From assembly GCA_050949565.1 (NCBI GenBank), contig JBMNFY010000008.1, forward strand, positions 256,001 through 320,000: a DNA stretch of 64,000 bases, written 5' to 3'. The DNA comes from Kiritimatiellia bacterium (GTDB lineage: Bacteria > Verrucomicrobiota > Kiritimatiellia > RFP12 > UBA1067). The position numbers were made by a program, and so were the translations under genes. This document shows positions 17,903 through 29,154 of the stretch, piece after piece. The number at the start of each line of letters is the position of its first letter. Position 1 is the first letter of the stretch. The notes under the pieces were generated by a model. That model had not been told where the DNA came from. It did not search any database and worked only from the letters and a program-made list of their open reading frames with translations.

Positions 17903-18175
17903 AAGAGCAAGTTGAACTTTCAACGCTCTTGGGTTTCAGACTTCAAGGTTTCATGGTTTCATCCAAATCGGGATCGGGATCGCTATCGGGATCGATTGTT
18001 TAACCACAGAGGACACAGAGATCACAGAGGTTTTGAGGGAGCCAACTCTGGCTTTATCCGCAACGCGGACGGAAGCCGGTGTTCACAAAGTGGCGGCGTG
18101 ACCGCCGCTCGGACAAGCAGACGCTTGCCCCTCCCGTCCCTACTTGAACGTTGAGCGTTGAACGTTGAGCGTTTG
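17896..18175. repeat. Intergenic repeat mosaic between aspS and the R-M gene
   Basis: AAGAGC-GTTGAA hairpin, GGTTTCA octamers, ATCGGG hexamers, CACAGAG nonamers, REP-A, ACGTTGA/GCGTTGA heptamers; 17942-18007 is identical to rc 29332-29397. Confidence 0.9.
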
Positions 18176-18224
18176 TCCTAAAGGAGAATTTAGGGGGGCC
18201 TAAGCGAAAGAATCGATGGAGGGA

Positions 18225-18253
18225 TGGACACAACCGAGCCGGTCTTATATTAT
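18225..18253 (+). promoter_or_regulatory. Putative promoter of the R-M gene
   Basis: TGGACA-N17-TATTAT. Confidence 0.4.
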
Positions 18254-18357
18254 TCTCAACGTGACAGCGCGGTGTGATCGGGTCGTCTGTGAAGAGCGAA
18301 AAAGGTGTTCGTCGCCCCATGAACTTTCCGAAAACCCGCCACGCTCAAGTTTTTGTT

Positions 18358-21300
18358 ATGGCGACACTTTCTGACATCCGTGTGCATGAAGTCGAGTTCT
18401 GCGCCGATATCAAATCTGCGGCTGACGCTCTCTTTGCCGCGCATCCCGAATGGCCGTTCTCGCACGCCAAAATTGAACAGCGTGGCGTGGGCAATAATAA
18501 ACGCAACGACCTGCGCATCTTCCGCAAAGGTCATAAAGCCCCGCTGCTTTCCGGTGAAGTCAAGATGCCGGGAACCCCTGAAGGCCGTTCGCCCTATAAT
18601 CCGGCCCTTATGAACGATGCGGCATCAAAGGCGGATAACGCCGGCAGTGCCTACTTCTTCACTTGGAACGTCAACCAGTTCGTGCTGTTTGACCGCAGCA
18701 AGTTCAATCTTCCGATCATCGAACGCCGATGCCATGACTGGGACCTCGGTCTCCAACTGCGGCGTTCCGCCGATTGCAGCCGTCCCGAAGTGATGTCTGC
18801 CATCACGACCCGTTTCTTGCCGGAACTCTTTGCATTGCTGGCCCGCATCGTCACGGAGGACTTCACCGAATGGGGCATGCCCCCGGATGAGCTTTTCATC
18901 CGCTCCCTCGAAAGTCATCTTGCCTGGCCCATCATGGGCACCAGCGATTATCTGGAAGCCACATGCCGTACCGACAAAGCCTTTTCCGCAAAGCTCCAGG
19001 CGTGGATGGCCGGCGACATGTCGTGGACCTTCGACCCGGACAATCCCGACAACTGGCGGCAGACTCTCGACCGTGCCGCCAGCACGCTCTGCTATGTTTT
19101 CTGCAACCGCGCTATATTCTACGAAGCCATCCGCGCGCGTTACCCAGACAACCTTGCGCCGCTCACCATGCCGACCGGCAAACGCGGCCACGAAGGTATC
19201 TACGAGTGGTTCCGCATCCAGTTTCTTCACGCCGTCAACGAGAGCGGCGATTACGAGCCCATCTTTTATCCTGATGTTGCCGACAAAGTCGGTTCGCTCG
19301 TTTTCGCAGACCCCATGGCCCGCCAGGGCTGGCGTGGCGTTTTCGAGAACTTGGCCCACTACAATTTCCGGGACATCCCTTACGACATTATCGGCGGTAT
19401 CTTCCAGCGGCTTATTGCTCCCGAGGAACGCCAGAAATTCGGACAGTTTTTCACCGGTGAAGACATCGTCGATATCATCAACTCTTTCTGCATCCACCGT
19501 GCCGCCGACAAGGTTCTCGATCCCGCATGCGGTTCTGGCAGCTTTCTAATTCGTGCCTACCATCGCAAGGCTTGGTTGAGCGCACGACGACACGCGCGTC
19601 AGCGGAATGCGGATTCTCACCTGACACATCAGGAGCTACTGGCTGACATCTACGGTTGCGACATCGCCCTCTTCGCGGCTCATCTGGCCACGCTCAACCT
19701 TGCCGCCCGCCAGATCAACGACGAGGAGAACTACCCCTACATCGCCCGCAGCAACTTCTTTGAAGTCATTGAAAACCGCGACGCCTTCTACCGCGTTCCC
19801 GCCGGCCTGCGCAATCCAGACGGCACACGGGATTACAAGGACGTTCCGCTCCCCAACATGGACGCCATCATCGGCAATCCTCCCTATATCCGTCAGGAAG
19901 CCATCGCGAAGCGTGCGGGACTCAAGCGCCGCCGAGACGAAACGAAAGCCGCCTTCGAATCCCGCGCCAAAAATACCAAGGAACATTTCCAGGAACTTGT
20001 TGCCAGACTTTGGCCCGGTCTCAAAATGAGCGGGCGCAGTGACCTTCATTGCTACTTCTGGCCGGTCGCCGCCTCTCTGCTCAATGATGGCGGCTACTTT
20101 GGCTTCCTGACCTCGTCGAGCTGGCTGGACGTTGAATACGGGTTCGCCCTCCAGCGCTGGTGCCTGCAAAATTTCAAGGTCGTTGCCATCATGGAAAGTC
20201 TGGACGAGCCTTGGTTCCCCGATGCACGCGTCAAAACCGCCATCACGATCCTTCAGCGCACCGACGACCCCGCCGCCCGCGATAGCAACCTCGTCCGTTT
20301 TGTACGTTTCTCAAAACCGGTTACTGAAGTGCTTGGCGAACGGAACAGCACCGACGAATCGGCCCGCCAGTCCGCCGCTGACCGCCTGCGCAAACTCATC
20401 CTTGGCACCGCCGGCCCGAAGCAGAACGAGCCCCTTGCCGTCCACACCACCGCTCAGCTTCGCATCATCACCCTGCGCCAGTCCGACCTTTGGCAGGAAG
20501 GTGTCCGCGCTTGGGACATCCTTAAGAAAGGGACGGACGCTACGGAGTCGCCATTAGAAGAAGACGAAACGACGGAAGAAACACTTGAAGAGGAAGCCGA
20601 AGAGACCGCCTCAACTGACGACACATTTACGAGGGTCTTGCAAAACCCCTTGCCTACAGGTGTGGCACGGGCATCTTGCCCGTGTTTCATGGGCGGGACG
20701 CCCATGCCACAAGGGGGGTTGCAAGCGCCTCTTACGCTCGGCGCTGCCGCGCCCGACTATGCCGCCGGAAAATGGGGCCGTTTTCTGCGCGCCCCCGACA
20801 TCTACTTCAAGCTGATCCACGACTACAGGGACCGCTTTGTCCGTCTCGGCGAGATTGCTGATGTTCGCTTTGGTATCAAAAGCGGCTGTGACGCCTTTTT
20901 CATGCCGCGTGACGTGACCGACGAGATTCTCGCACGTGTTGAGAAGGGCGTCCTTTGGAACGACATCGGTCTGATAACCCATTGTAGCCGTCGCGATGTC
21001 GAAAACGGTAAGGTCCGCATCATTTGTGCCGGCGACAAAACCATCCATCCCATTGAAGCGGAGTTCATCCGTCCCGAAGTCCACAGTCTCATGGAAGTCG
21101 ACCGGCCGATCGTCCGCACCGCCGACTGTAAGCGCGTGGTTCTCTGGGTCAATCAGGAACTTAAGGACATCGCCGATACCTACGCCGCCAAATACATCCG
21201 CTGGGGCGCCAAGCAAACCTTTACCTCGAAGAAATCCAAACCCGTCAAAGTTCCAGAGCGTTCAACATGTGCCGCGCGGGAGCGTTGGTATGATATTACG

Positions 21301-22359
21301 ACGGATAAAATCGGAATCGCGTTCTGGCCCAAAACGCAACAGTACCGGCACATGGCTCCAACAAATCCGGAAGGAATAGTCTGTAATTGCAACTTGTACA
21401 CAGTGGTGCCGACATTTGAAGATGCAACTGCCTGTACTGCCCTGAATGCAGTCCTGAACTGCACCATAGTTGCGCTATTGAAATGCTTTTATGGCAGATA
21501 TGCTGGAACTGAGGGTGCCCTGAAAACCGAGGTTGTGGACGCTCTTATGCTTGAGATTCCTGATCCACGTTCTGCATCTGAACACGTAACAGCAAGGATG
21601 ACTAACGCTTTGCGTCAAATGGGAACACGCCCTGTCACACATCTGGTTCAGGAGTCGATGCTTCAGTGCCATGACGAAACTCACATGCGCGAAATTCTTG
21701 AGCGCCCGGTCGAGTTGTCAAACGAACTCCGCCAGCCAGACCGCCGTGCCTTGGACGATGCGGTATTCGAAATGATTGAGGTCGAGGATCCCAAGGAACG
21801 CGCACACCTTATTGACGAACTGTACGAGCAGACAGCCAGTTATTACCGGCAACAGCGTACGCTTGAAATACAGGGCATGCGCAATCGCTCCAAAGCCGGC
21901 CGCAAGCAAATGTCTCCACGCGACCTTGCAGCCAGCGTCTGGGACTCCCTCAAGCCCGAAGAGCGCGGCGAGCCGGTCATGGAATGGATTAAGAGCCGTT
22001 GGCCCGGCGGCATTGAAGTCAGCATTCCCGACGGCAAACCCACGGCCCGCGGCAGTGACGACATGTTCAGTCCGGCCTCCGTCAACTTCAAGCAGGGCGC
22101 GAAGGCGATTGAAATGGACTATGCCAGTCCCGAACATGCCGCCCTTGTTGTCGCTCTCGCCGAACTCGAAATCCGTGGTTCCGTTACGCTTCCGGACACT
22201 GCTGCGGCGTGCCAGGAGTGTCGCGAACAGCTTGCCGCCCGTCTTGAAGGTGCCCGCGCCCGTTTTACCGAACTCGCCGCCTCCCGCACCGGTCAAGAAT
22301 CCATGCGGGAGCAAGTTGTCTTCATCTTGCTCCAATGGCTCATCCACGGCAATGCGTGA
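18358..22359 (+). CDS. Fused restriction-modification enzyme (Type IIG/IIL-like: PD-(D/E)xK nuclease + N6-adenine MTase + TRD)
   Basis: RNDL...GEVK nuclease-like motif; GQFFT, VLDPACGSGSFL (motif I), IIGNPPY (motif IV), SSSWLDVEYG. The start is uncertain (18319 or 18358). Confidence 0.85.
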   Translation: MATLSDIRVHEVEFCADIKSAADALFAAHPEWPFSHAKIEQRGVGNNKRNDLRIFRKGHKAPLLSGEVKMPGTPEGRSPYNPALMNDAASKADNAGSAYFFTWNVNQFVLFDRSKFNLPIIERRCHDWDLGLQLRRSADCSRPEVMSAITTRFLPELFALLARIVTEDFTEWGMPPDELFIRSLESHLAWPIMGTSDYLEATCRTDKAFSAKLQAWMAGDMSWTFDPDNPDNWRQTLDRAASTLCYVFCNRAIFYEAIRARYPDNLAPLTMPTGKRGHEGIYEWFRIQFLHAVNESGDYEPIFYPDVADKVGSLVFADPMARQGWRGVFENLAHYNFRDIPYDIIGGIFQRLIAPEERQKFGQFFTGEDIVDIINSFCIHRAADKVLDPACGSGSFLIRAYHRKAWLSARRHARQRNADSHLTHQELLADIYGCDIALFAAHLATLNLAARQINDEENYPYIARSNFFEVIENRDAFYRVPAGLRNPDGTRDYKDVPLPNMDAIIGNPPYIRQEAIAKRAGLKRRRDETKAAFESRAKNTKEHFQELVARLWPGLKMSGRSDLHCYFWPVAASLLNDGGYFGFLTSSSWLDVEYGFALQRWCLQNFKVVAIMESLDEPWFPDARVKTAITILQRTDDPAARDSNLVRFVRFSKPVTEVLGERNSTDESARQSAADRLRKLILGTAGPKQNEPLAVHTTAQLRIITLRQSDLWQEGVRAWDILKKGTDATESPLEEDETTEETLEEEAEETASTDDTFTRVLQNPLPTGVARASCPCFMGGTPMPQGGLQAPLTLGAAAPDYAAGKWGRFLRAPDIYFKLIHDYRDRFVRLGEIADVRFGIKSGCDAFFMPRDVTDEILARVEKGVLWNDIGLITHCSRRDVENGKVRIICAGDKTIHPIEAEFIRPEVHSLMEVDRPIVRTADCKRVVLWVNQELKDIADTYAAKYIRWGAKQTFTSKKSKPVKVPERSTCAARERWYDITTDKIGIAFWPKTQQYRHMAPTNPEGIVCNCNLYTVVPTFEDATACTALNAVLNCTIVALLKCFYGRYAGTEGALKTEVVDALMLEIPDPRSASEHVTARMTNALRQMGTRPVTHLVQESMLQCHDETHMREILERPVELSNELRQPDRRALDDAVFEMIEVEDPKERAHLIDELYEQTASYYRQQRTLEIQGMRNRSKAGRKQMSPRDLAASVWDSLKPEERGEPVMEWIKSRWPGGIEVSIPDGKPTARGSDDMFSPASVNFKQGAKAIEMDYASPEHAALVVALAELEIRGSVTLPDTAAACQECREQLAARLEGARARFTELAASRTGQESMREQVVFILLQWLIHGNA
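20631..20731 (+). mobile_element. 101-bp MITE (TIRs enclosing a REP-B doublet) inserted in frame in the R-M gene
   Basis: TIRs GAGGGTCTTGCAAAACCCCT / AGGGGGGTTGCAAGCGCCTC. TTAC is duplicated at 20627-30 and 20732-35; 101+4=105 nt. Confidence 0.88.
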
Positions 22360-23170
22360 CTGAGGGACAGGTATTTGGAATTTGGGATTTGTGATTTAGG
22401 TGCCGCAAGTCGCAAGTCGCGGGTCAACCTCTCTTGTTGCGACCACGCAGTGGCTCGCAACCGTGAGAATAAAAGCGCTGCTCGGGCTTTTGGAACCGCC
22501 AAGACGCCATGGACGCCAAGGTTTTTTGGGCATGGCTCGGGATTATTTAACGCAGAGGCGCAGAGGCGCAGAGATTTTTTATTGCTCGGGTTTTTAATCA
22601 CGAAACACACGGAATACGCGGAAAGGCACGGCACTGTTTTCTGCTTTCGTGTGGTTCGTGCGTGACTAAGGGACAGGTATTTAGACCGCCGAAAAGTGCA
22701 AGCCAGACACCAGACTTGCGCCGCGCGACGTGGCACGGGCATCTTGCCCGTGTGGCGGCGTAACCGCCGCCCGGACAAGCGACGCTTGTCCCTCCCGTCC
22801 TTACTTGAGCGTTAAAAGTTGAGCGTTGGGCGTTGGACGTTTTTAACTCTGAACTCTGAACGTCGAACTCTGAACTCTGAAGGTGAAAACTCCTTGTCTG
22901 TTGCGTGACTAAGGGACAGGTATTTAGACCGCCGAAAAGTGCAAGCCAGACACCAGACTTGCGCCGCGCGACGTGGCACGGGCATCTTGCCCGTGTGGCG
23001 GCGTATCCGCCGCCCGGACAAGCGACGCTTGTCCCTCCCAGCGCTCCGCAGACCCGACCATGGGCTGGAGGGCGAGCGTCCCCGCGAGCCGCCCTCCGTG
23101 CTGCGCGCGGGGGGAAAGCGGTGCCGCGACCGGCCTATTGCCTGCTGCCCATGCCTATTACCTATTACTT
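22353..23170. repeat. Large repeat mosaic with three tandem units, each starting TGCGTGACT(G/A)AGGGACAGGTATTT
   Basis: Anchors at 22353, 22659 and 22902. 138-bp direct repeat 22659-22796 / 22902-23039 with 1 mismatch. More than 12 module types. Confidence 0.9.
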
Positions 23171-23218
23171 CCCTGTGGCACTAGGAGGTGTTTAGATGAC
23201 CCAGAGAACAGTTTGTTC

Positions 23219-23247
23219 TTGAACCCCCCGGCCAAGACGTGCAGAAT
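23219..23247 (+). promoter_or_regulatory. Putative promoter of ackA-pta
   Basis: TTGAAC-N17-CAGAAT. Confidence 0.4.
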
Positions 23248-23340
23248 GGTGCGGCATGTTTCAGCGTGCCTTGTCAGTGTGCCGCTGACCGTTTGATTCA
23301 TCCCGATTATCACTGAATGGAGAGAAAAAAAGGACTTATC

Positions 23341-24576
23341 ATGTCAGCAAAGAAATTCGACAAGATTCTTGTTATAAACTCCGGCAGTTCCTCACTCAAG
23401 TTCACCCTGTTCAACGTGTCTTCAAAAACCGTCCTCGCCAAGGGTCTGGTCGAGCGCGTCGGCACGCCCAACGCCAACTTGGTGTACCAGCGTAACAACG
23501 AGCCCAAGACGGAGCGGGGCATCGCGGCGGAAAACCATGGCAAGGCGCTGGCGATGGCCTGTAAGATGCTTGCCGATCCTGAGACGGGTGTCATAAAGTC
23601 ACTGAAGGAGGTCAACGCGATCGGCCACCGCGTGGTCCACGGCGCCGAGGAGTTCTCAGACTCGGTGCTGATCACCGAAGATGTCAAAACCGGCATCAAA
23701 CGCTGCGCGGACCTCGCCCCGTTACATAATCCGGCCAATCTGGACGGCGTGGTGGCCTGTGAAACGGTTTTCCCGAACACACCGAACGTGGCGGTCTTCG
23801 ATACAGCGTTCCACCAGAGCATGCCGCGGCACGCCTACATGTACGCCATCCCGCAAAAGTTCTACGATGAGTACCGCATCCGCAAGTACGGCTTTCACGG
23901 CACGTCGCACAAGTTCGTGATGCTGGCGGCGGCGGAGTTCCTCAAGAAGCCTGTCGAAGAACTGAAACTGATCACCTGCCACCTCGGTAACGGTTCATCG
24001 ATCGCCGCGATCAAGGGCGGCAAGGTGCTCGACACCTCGATGGGCATGACGCCGCTGGCCGGCCTGATCATGGGTACGCGCTGCGGGGACATCGACCCTG
24101 CGATCATCTTCTTCTTGGCGCGTAAGGGAATCTCGGCCGACGAGATCGACAACGCGCTCAACAAGCGCAGCGGCCTGATGGGCATCAACGGTATTGAAAG
24201 TGGCGACATGCGCGACACCGTGAACGCCGCCACACAAGGCAAAGCCGCAGCGGAGAACGCTCTGCACATGTTCGGGCACCGTACCGCCTTTTACATCGGC
24301 GGTTACTACACATTGATGGGAGGTGCCGATGCGATCATCTTCACGGGCGGCATCGGTGAAAACAGCGCACCTGCGCGTCAGATGATCGTTTCGCGTCTGG
24401 AGGCAATCGGCTGCAAACTAGACGACGCCAAGAACAAGGCGACCGCTGGTAAAACCGGCGTCATTACCACCGATGCATCGAAGCTGCCGGCCATCGTGAT
24501 CCCGACCGACGAAGAGTTGATGATCGCGCGTGAGACCCTCCGCGTCCTTTCAGAAACCACAAAAAGCACAAAGTAG
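23341..24576 (+). CDS. ackA: Acetate kinase
   Basis: [59 protein letters not shown]. Confidence 0.97.
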   Translation: MSAKKFDKILVINSGSSSLKFTLFNVSSKTVLAKGLVERVGTPNANLVYQRNNEPKTERGIAAENHGKALAMACKMLADPETGVIKSLKEVNAIGHRVVHGAEEFSDSVLITEDVKTGIKRCADLAPLHNPANLDGVVACETVFPNTPNVAVFDTAFHQSMPRHAYMYAIPQKFYDEYRIRKYGFHGTSHKFVMLAAAEFLKKPVEELKLITCHLGNGSSIAAIKGGKVLDTSMGMTPLAGLIMGTRCGDIDPAIIFFLARKGISADEIDNALNKRSGLMGINGIESGDMRDTVNAATQGKAAAENALHMFGHRTAFYIGGYYTLMGGADAIIFTGGIGENSAPARQMIVSRLEAIGCKLDDAKNKATAGKTGVITTDASKLPAIVIPTDEELMIARETLRVLSETTKSTK

Positions 24577-24590
24577 AGGTAAACGTTTCC

Positions 24591-25604
24591 ATGAGCATTC
24601 TTGATTCCATGATTCCCCGCGCCCAAGCGGCAAACAAAACCATCGTGCTGCCCGAGGGCCAAGATCCACGCGTCATCACGGCTGCTGTTAAAGCGGCTCA
24701 GACCGGCATCTGCACGCCGATCGTGCTGGGCACGCCCGCCGAAATCGCAGCCGCTGAAGCACAGGCCGGCGTCACGCTGGCTGCATCTGGCGTGCGCGCA
24801 GTCGACTACACGAACACCGACCTGCTGCCGCGCCTGGCCACCGCTCTCTACGAAAAGCGCAAAGCCAAGGGCATGACCGCCGAGGAAGCCGAAGCCATCG
24901 TGAAGGGCAAGCGCCTCTATTTCGGTAGCATGATGGTGGCGCTGGATCTGGCGCAGGGGATGGTGGCCGGTTCGATTGCTTCGACCGGCGACATGCTGCG
25001 CAGCGCCTTCCACTGTGTCGGCACCGCCGCAGGCATCAAACTCGCCTCCTCAACATTCATCATGGACCTTAAGACACCGACCGCGTCCGGCGATACCACG
25101 TTACTTTTCGCGGACTGTGCCGTGATCCCCTGCCCGACGGCCGAGGAGCTGGTTGATATCGCACATGCCACCGCCATCTCCTACCGTAAACTGATTGGAC
25201 GCCAGCCGCGTCTGGCCTTCCTCAGCTTCTCCTCCAAGGGCAGCGCCAAGCATGAGCTGGTGGACAAGGTGCGGACCGCAGCGGAGTTGACCCGTCAGCG
25301 CTTTGAGACGCAGGGCGTGGATGCCATCGTTGACGGAGAGGTCCAGGCCGACACCGCGCTCGTGCCCGCAGTGGCAGCCGCCAAGAACAAGGGCGGCGCG
25401 CTTCAGGGCGATGCCAACGTGCTGATCTTCCCCGACCTTCAGGCCGGAAACATCAGCTACAAGCTGGTGGAGCGGCTGGCCGGCGCAACCGCGCTGGGTC
25501 CCGTGCTCCAAGGCTTGGCCAAGCCGATCAACGACCTCTCGCGTGGTTGCAGCGCCGATGACATTTTCGGCACGCTCTGCATCACCGCGCTTCAGAGTGC
25601 CTAA
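24591..25604 (+). CDS. pta: Phosphate acetyltransferase
   Basis: [52 protein letters not shown]. Confidence 0.95.
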   Translation: MSILDSMIPRAQAANKTIVLPEGQDPRVITAAVKAAQTGICTPIVLGTPAEIAAAEAQAGVTLAASGVRAVDYTNTDLLPRLATALYEKRKAKGMTAEEAEAIVKGKRLYFGSMMVALDLAQGMVAGSIASTGDMLRSAFHCVGTAAGIKLASSTFIMDLKTPTASGDTTLLFADCAVIPCPTAEELVDIAHATAISYRKLIGRQPRLAFLSFSSKGSAKHELVDKVRTAAELTRQRFETQGVDAIVDGEVQADTALVPAVAAAKNKGGALQGDANVLIFPDLQAGNISYKLVERLAGATALGPVLQGLAKPINDLSRGCSADDIFGTLCITALQSA

Positions 25605-28600
25605 CGCCCACCCCTGAATCGACCCGTCCGCTTCGCCATGTACATCATGGTTCCACGCTCGGTCTTCAAGTGATCGTTATCCTGTGTCCTGAAATCGGCT
25701 GTGGCACGGCGACGCGAAGCTAATTCCCGTACGCTGATCTGCCACAGACCGCGCCGATCATTCGGGGCCAGATCAAGCGTGAGTGTGAGTTGTCCATGCT
25801 CGGTACCGTAGTATCCGCTCCCCTCAGCCTGCGCGCCAGCCGGATCGAGGATGTCGACACGCAACGGTACCACGGCATCGATCGGCTCCTCTTCCTGATC
25901 CACCACGGAAATCGTGCAGGACAGACGGCCACCAAGGTGCGCTTCCTGCGCAACGTTGACACGCACCGCATTGATGGCGCGCTCTGTGACCATCAGCACG
26001 CAACCGTCACAAGGACCGAATGTGTGCGCGACGGTCAGCCGCCCATCCCGCACATGCGCGTCCAAAGCGCACCCTTCCACCAGATCGTACACATGGCCCG
26101 AGGAGCGCGCCAGCGATAGCACAGCCGTTGCCGGAACGCCGTTCTCCATCACCAGGCCATACTGCCCGACGTAATCTCCAAACTCGCGCCGATCGTTGAC
26201 GGCAAAGAGATAATCGGTGGAGCCGTACGAACGGCAACGGGGCACCACATCTGGCGTTGAGGCATCGCAATAGCGCTGGTAACGTGTGTCGAGTGCCGCA
26301 CGCAACTCGGCGGATTTGGCGATCAAAGCGGCGCGATCCTCATCCGCCTGGACCGTCCGCGTATAACTCGCGAGCGTGATGTCAGCCTGGATGGCCGGGC
26401 AGAGACGTTCATCCCCCACCACCACCCCGCCCCGCGCCTGAAACGCCTGGACCGTAGCCGCCACGCCAGCCGTCAGTACATCGCAGTCCATCATGACCAG
26501 CACACTGTATCTGTCCAGTCCATTCGTTTTCACCGTTTCATCGTAGATGATCTCGGGCTGGAGATGCGCCCACAACAACATCTGATAGGCGTCGCCGGAC
26601 CACCCTTCGCCCCAGCCGTAGGTTCCGCGCTGCGCGAACATCTGCGATGCGAAGCTCTCCAGAAACGCGACATCACTGGGTCGGTCAGGAACTTGCAGCA
26701 AGGTGGGCCCCAGCGGCTCCACGACCTCTTTGATCAGGCGGCGCAACTCATGCTGGGTCTGCGGATGGGTGTAGCGATAGGCGCTCTCACCGCTCTGAGG
26801 CACCAGCGATTCCCATCCGTGATACATGATGCCGCGCACCGGCCGGGCCAGTTTTGTCCAGAACGTCTCGCGCAGGTGCATGGGCGCAATGGTCAGGAAA
26901 GCCGCGTCGGGATCAGTGTCCATCCACGGCGGGGCGGGTACATTTCCGCCCTCGCCCCCCTCCGTGAGCGGTGCCGTCTGCGAGCGGTACCAGATGATCT
27001 GGGTCATCTTCATGACCTGCTGTGGCTGAGCAGCGCCGCGCGCCATGGCAAACAGCTCGTCGGTCGCCACGCCGATGCGGATCGGGTCGGGATAAGAGTA
27101 GGTCCATTGCGACAGGACATCCACGTTCCCGCCGCTTCCGTAGACGCTCGCCACACGCACTGCCGGATCGTGGAATGTCCAAAGCCCTTCCCGCCCGGTC
27201 GACCGGAGCCCCCGGTGCAATTCGGAGTTCATGCGATTCCAACCGTCGCCCTCCTTCCAATACCAAGAGAGAAAGCGCAAGAGCTGATGGTCATCAGGGA
27301 TCACCCTGTTCGATGGAAAGTCATCCAGTTCGGCATAATCCACACCGTACTTGCTCGGTGCGTTCGTCGGGTAATCCGCGCCGGTCGCGCCTTGACACGC
27401 CGCGCGGTCATGCGCGTGCCAGCAGACGTCCGCTTCGTCACGCACCTCGGTATGTAGCAAAGCCGCCTGCCAGGCCGGGAAAGCGCTGTAGGCCTGCGCC
27501 ACCGATGCGCCTACATTAAAAGCGAACGCCTGCATCTCTGGAAACGCCGCGCAGAGCGCCGGTCTTTGGTCGTCGCTGGCACCCTCACGATTCACACGCC
27601 GGAACTCCGGCTTCTCGACAGCCGCCCAGTGGCCGGGTGAAAGCGTCGCGATGATGCCGACATCACGTGCCAGCGCGGTATCCAGCAGCCGCTTAGCCTC
27701 TGCAAGGTACACAGGTTCCTCGGGCGCGACCGGCTGCCCCGCTTCATAGATGCGCGCATAATCCGCACTTAACCCCAAGCAGTGCGTGAACCCGATTTCC
27801 GTCAGGCGCGGCAATTCGTGCAGAAAAATATAGTCCCACAGCACCACCGGCATGCGCGGCGGACGGCGCGGCACCAGCGTGAACGGCACACTCTCCTCGC
27901 TTACATAGGATGCCGTCCCATCCTCCAAAGAGGCCGCGATACGTAACCGCATCATATAGTTGCCGGGACGCAGCGTCGTATCGACAGGCACCTCGTTCGT
28001 CCGACTCCCGCCCGATGCGAGTTCCGGTATCTGGTAGCGAGCGGTCTCACGTCCCTCGACCGTGCAGAGCAAAGAGACATCGTGCGCGGTCTGCTGACGC
28101 TGGGCATTGGTCAGTATGAAACGCAAGGACGACGCCTCTTCCATGCGCACAAACACGCTCCGGTCGGAGATCAAGGACACTGTTATCGGACGGAACTCCA
28201 GCGCACCTTGACACAGCCGCACCTGCGTCAGGTATCCCGGAAAGCCAAAATAGTAGCTGCCGAGACGGTCACCGATAGAGAGATGATGGTCGCCCGGCGC
28301 GATATACCCGCGTCCCGTCCGGGTGACCGTGCCCTGCGCCGTGCCGTCCCTGAAAAACCGCACGGTCCCGGCGCCGTCGTAGGTGACCGCGAGATGCGTC
28401 CAGATGTTCGTCGCGAACACCGAGGGCTGCGAAACATACTCTTCCGAACCATCGCCGAAACCGAGCCGCAGATAGGCACATCGTTGATCATTTTCGTTGG
28501 CGGCTCCCAGCGTCCATTGGTAATCCGTGTGCGCCACATATTTTTTGTCGATCAGGAACGCTACGGGACAATCGACAAATTCAGGCTTCGGTTTGATCCA

Positions 28601-28930
28601 CATCTCCAGTGTAAACGCGCCCCGGGGCGAAAGCGAGGGGTGATTGGTCACGATGGCCGCGTGGCATTCGTCTTCCACCGGCCAGCCGCAGAACGATTCC
28701 AGACAGGAGCCCCAGCGGTCGTCCGGCACCAGCACGGCCCCGTGCAGTACCGCATCGCGTCCCTTGCCCGACGCATCCTTCAGGTCTGCGAAGGCCCACA
28801 GGCCCACCACTTTCTCGCCGGTCGCGTCCGCGCCCGTGTAGGGTGCCATCCAATTTTCACATGGCTGTCCTGCGTACAAGATCCACGCCGACATCACCAG
28901 CGCACAAGCCAATCCGACACTGGTTTCCAT
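25601..28930 (-). CDS. Secreted LamG-domain protein with a putative GH42-like TIM barrel and trimerisation domain
   Basis: Signal peptide; LamG ([19 protein letters not shown]); HTEVR; [12 protein letters not shown]...[11 protein letters not shown] trimerisation-like region. Confidence 0.6.
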   Translation of the reverse strand: METSVGLACALVMSAWILYAGQPCENWMAPYTGADATGEKVVGLWAFADLKDASGKGRDAVLHGAVLVPDDRWGSCLESFCGWPVEDECHAAIVTNHPSLSPRGAFTLEMWIKPKPEFVDCPVAFLIDKKYVAHTDYQWTLGAANENDQRCAYLRLGFGDGSEEYVSQPSVFATNIWTHLAVTYDGAGTVRFFRDGTAQGTVTRTGRGYIAPGDHHLSIGDRLGSYYFGFPGYLTQVRLCQGALEFRPITVSLISDRSVFVRMEEASSLRFILTNAQRQQTAHDVSLLCTVEGRETARYQIPELASGGSRTNEVPVDTTLRPGNYMMRLRIAASLEDGTASYVSEESVPFTLVPRRPPRMPVVLWDYIFLHELPRLTEIGFTHCLGLSADYARIYEAGQPVAPEEPVYLAEAKRLLDTALARDVGIIATLSPGHWAAVEKPEFRRVNREGASDDQRPALCAAFPEMQAFAFNVGASVAQAYSAFPAWQAALLHTEVRDEADVCWHAHDRAACQGATGADYPTNAPSKYGVDYAELDDFPSNRVIPDDHQLLRFLSWYWKEGDGWNRMNSELHRGLRSTGREGLWTFHDPAVRVASVYGSGGNVDVLSQWTYSYPDPIRIGVATDELFAMARGAAQPQQVMKMTQIIWYRSQTAPLTEGGEGGNVPAPPWMDTDPDAAFLTIAPMHLRETFWTKLARPVRGIMYHGWESLVPQSGESAYRYTHPQTQHELRRLIKEVVEPLGPTLLQVPDRPSDVAFLESFASQMFAQRGTYGWGEGWSGDAYQMLLWAHLQPEIIYDETVKTNGLDRYSVLVMMDCDVLTAGVAATVQAFQARGGVVVGDERLCPAIQADITLASYTRTVQADEDRAALIAKSAELRAALDTRYQRYCDASTPDVVPRCRSYGSTDYLFAVNDRREFGDYVGQYGLVMENGVPATAVLSLARSSGHVYDLVEGCALDAHVRDGRLTVAHTFGPCDGCVLMVTERAINAVRVNVAQEAHLGGRLSCTISVVDQEEEPIDAVVPLRVDILDPAGAQAEGSGYYGTEHGQLTLTLDLAPNDRRGLWQISVRELASRRRATADFRTQDNDHLKTERGTMMYMAKRTGRFRGGR

Positions 28931-28973
28931 ATATCCCTCCTGTCAATCAATCACGTCCGCTACGCCGACGCAC

Positions 28974-29003
28974 ATTATGCGAAAGGGTACGGACGCCTGT
29001 CAA
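28974..29003 (-). promoter_or_regulatory. Sigma70-type promoter of the LamG/GH gene
   Basis: TTGACA-N18-CATAAT on the minus strand; RBS AGGAGG. Confidence 0.55.
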
Positions 29004-29024
29004 TTGGGCTCTGTCTTCCCATAG

Positions 29025-29148
29025 ATTCTGCAGGAAGGTCTGGACGAGGCCATCTTTCGTGTGATCGCTCAGGAAGGTGCCAAGCGGATAGACAAGGACA
29101 CGCTTGTAGTTGTCGATCCGACCGACATTCGCAAGCTGTACGTCCGTA
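29025..29148 (+). pseudogene. Short transposase relic (IS4-superfamily DDE-like)
   Basis: Reads LQEGLDEAIFRVIAQEGAKRIDKDTLVVVDPTDIRKLY, resembling the first catalytic-Asp region of IS4-like transposases (recognised from memory); no start codon. Confidence 0.5.
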
Positions 29149-29154
29149 ATGAAC

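Noticed and set aside
22353-23040. Possible CRISPR array (24-bp repeat x3)
   Set aside because: The intervals are 243-306 bp and made of other repeats, two units share 138 bp, and there are no cas genes in the window.
22293-23296. Small ORFs across repeat islands (also 17912-18154, 28975-29427, 45734-46006, 61676-61997)
   Set aside because: They are translations of palindromes and tandem repeats, and the same pseudo-peptides recur wherever the modules do.
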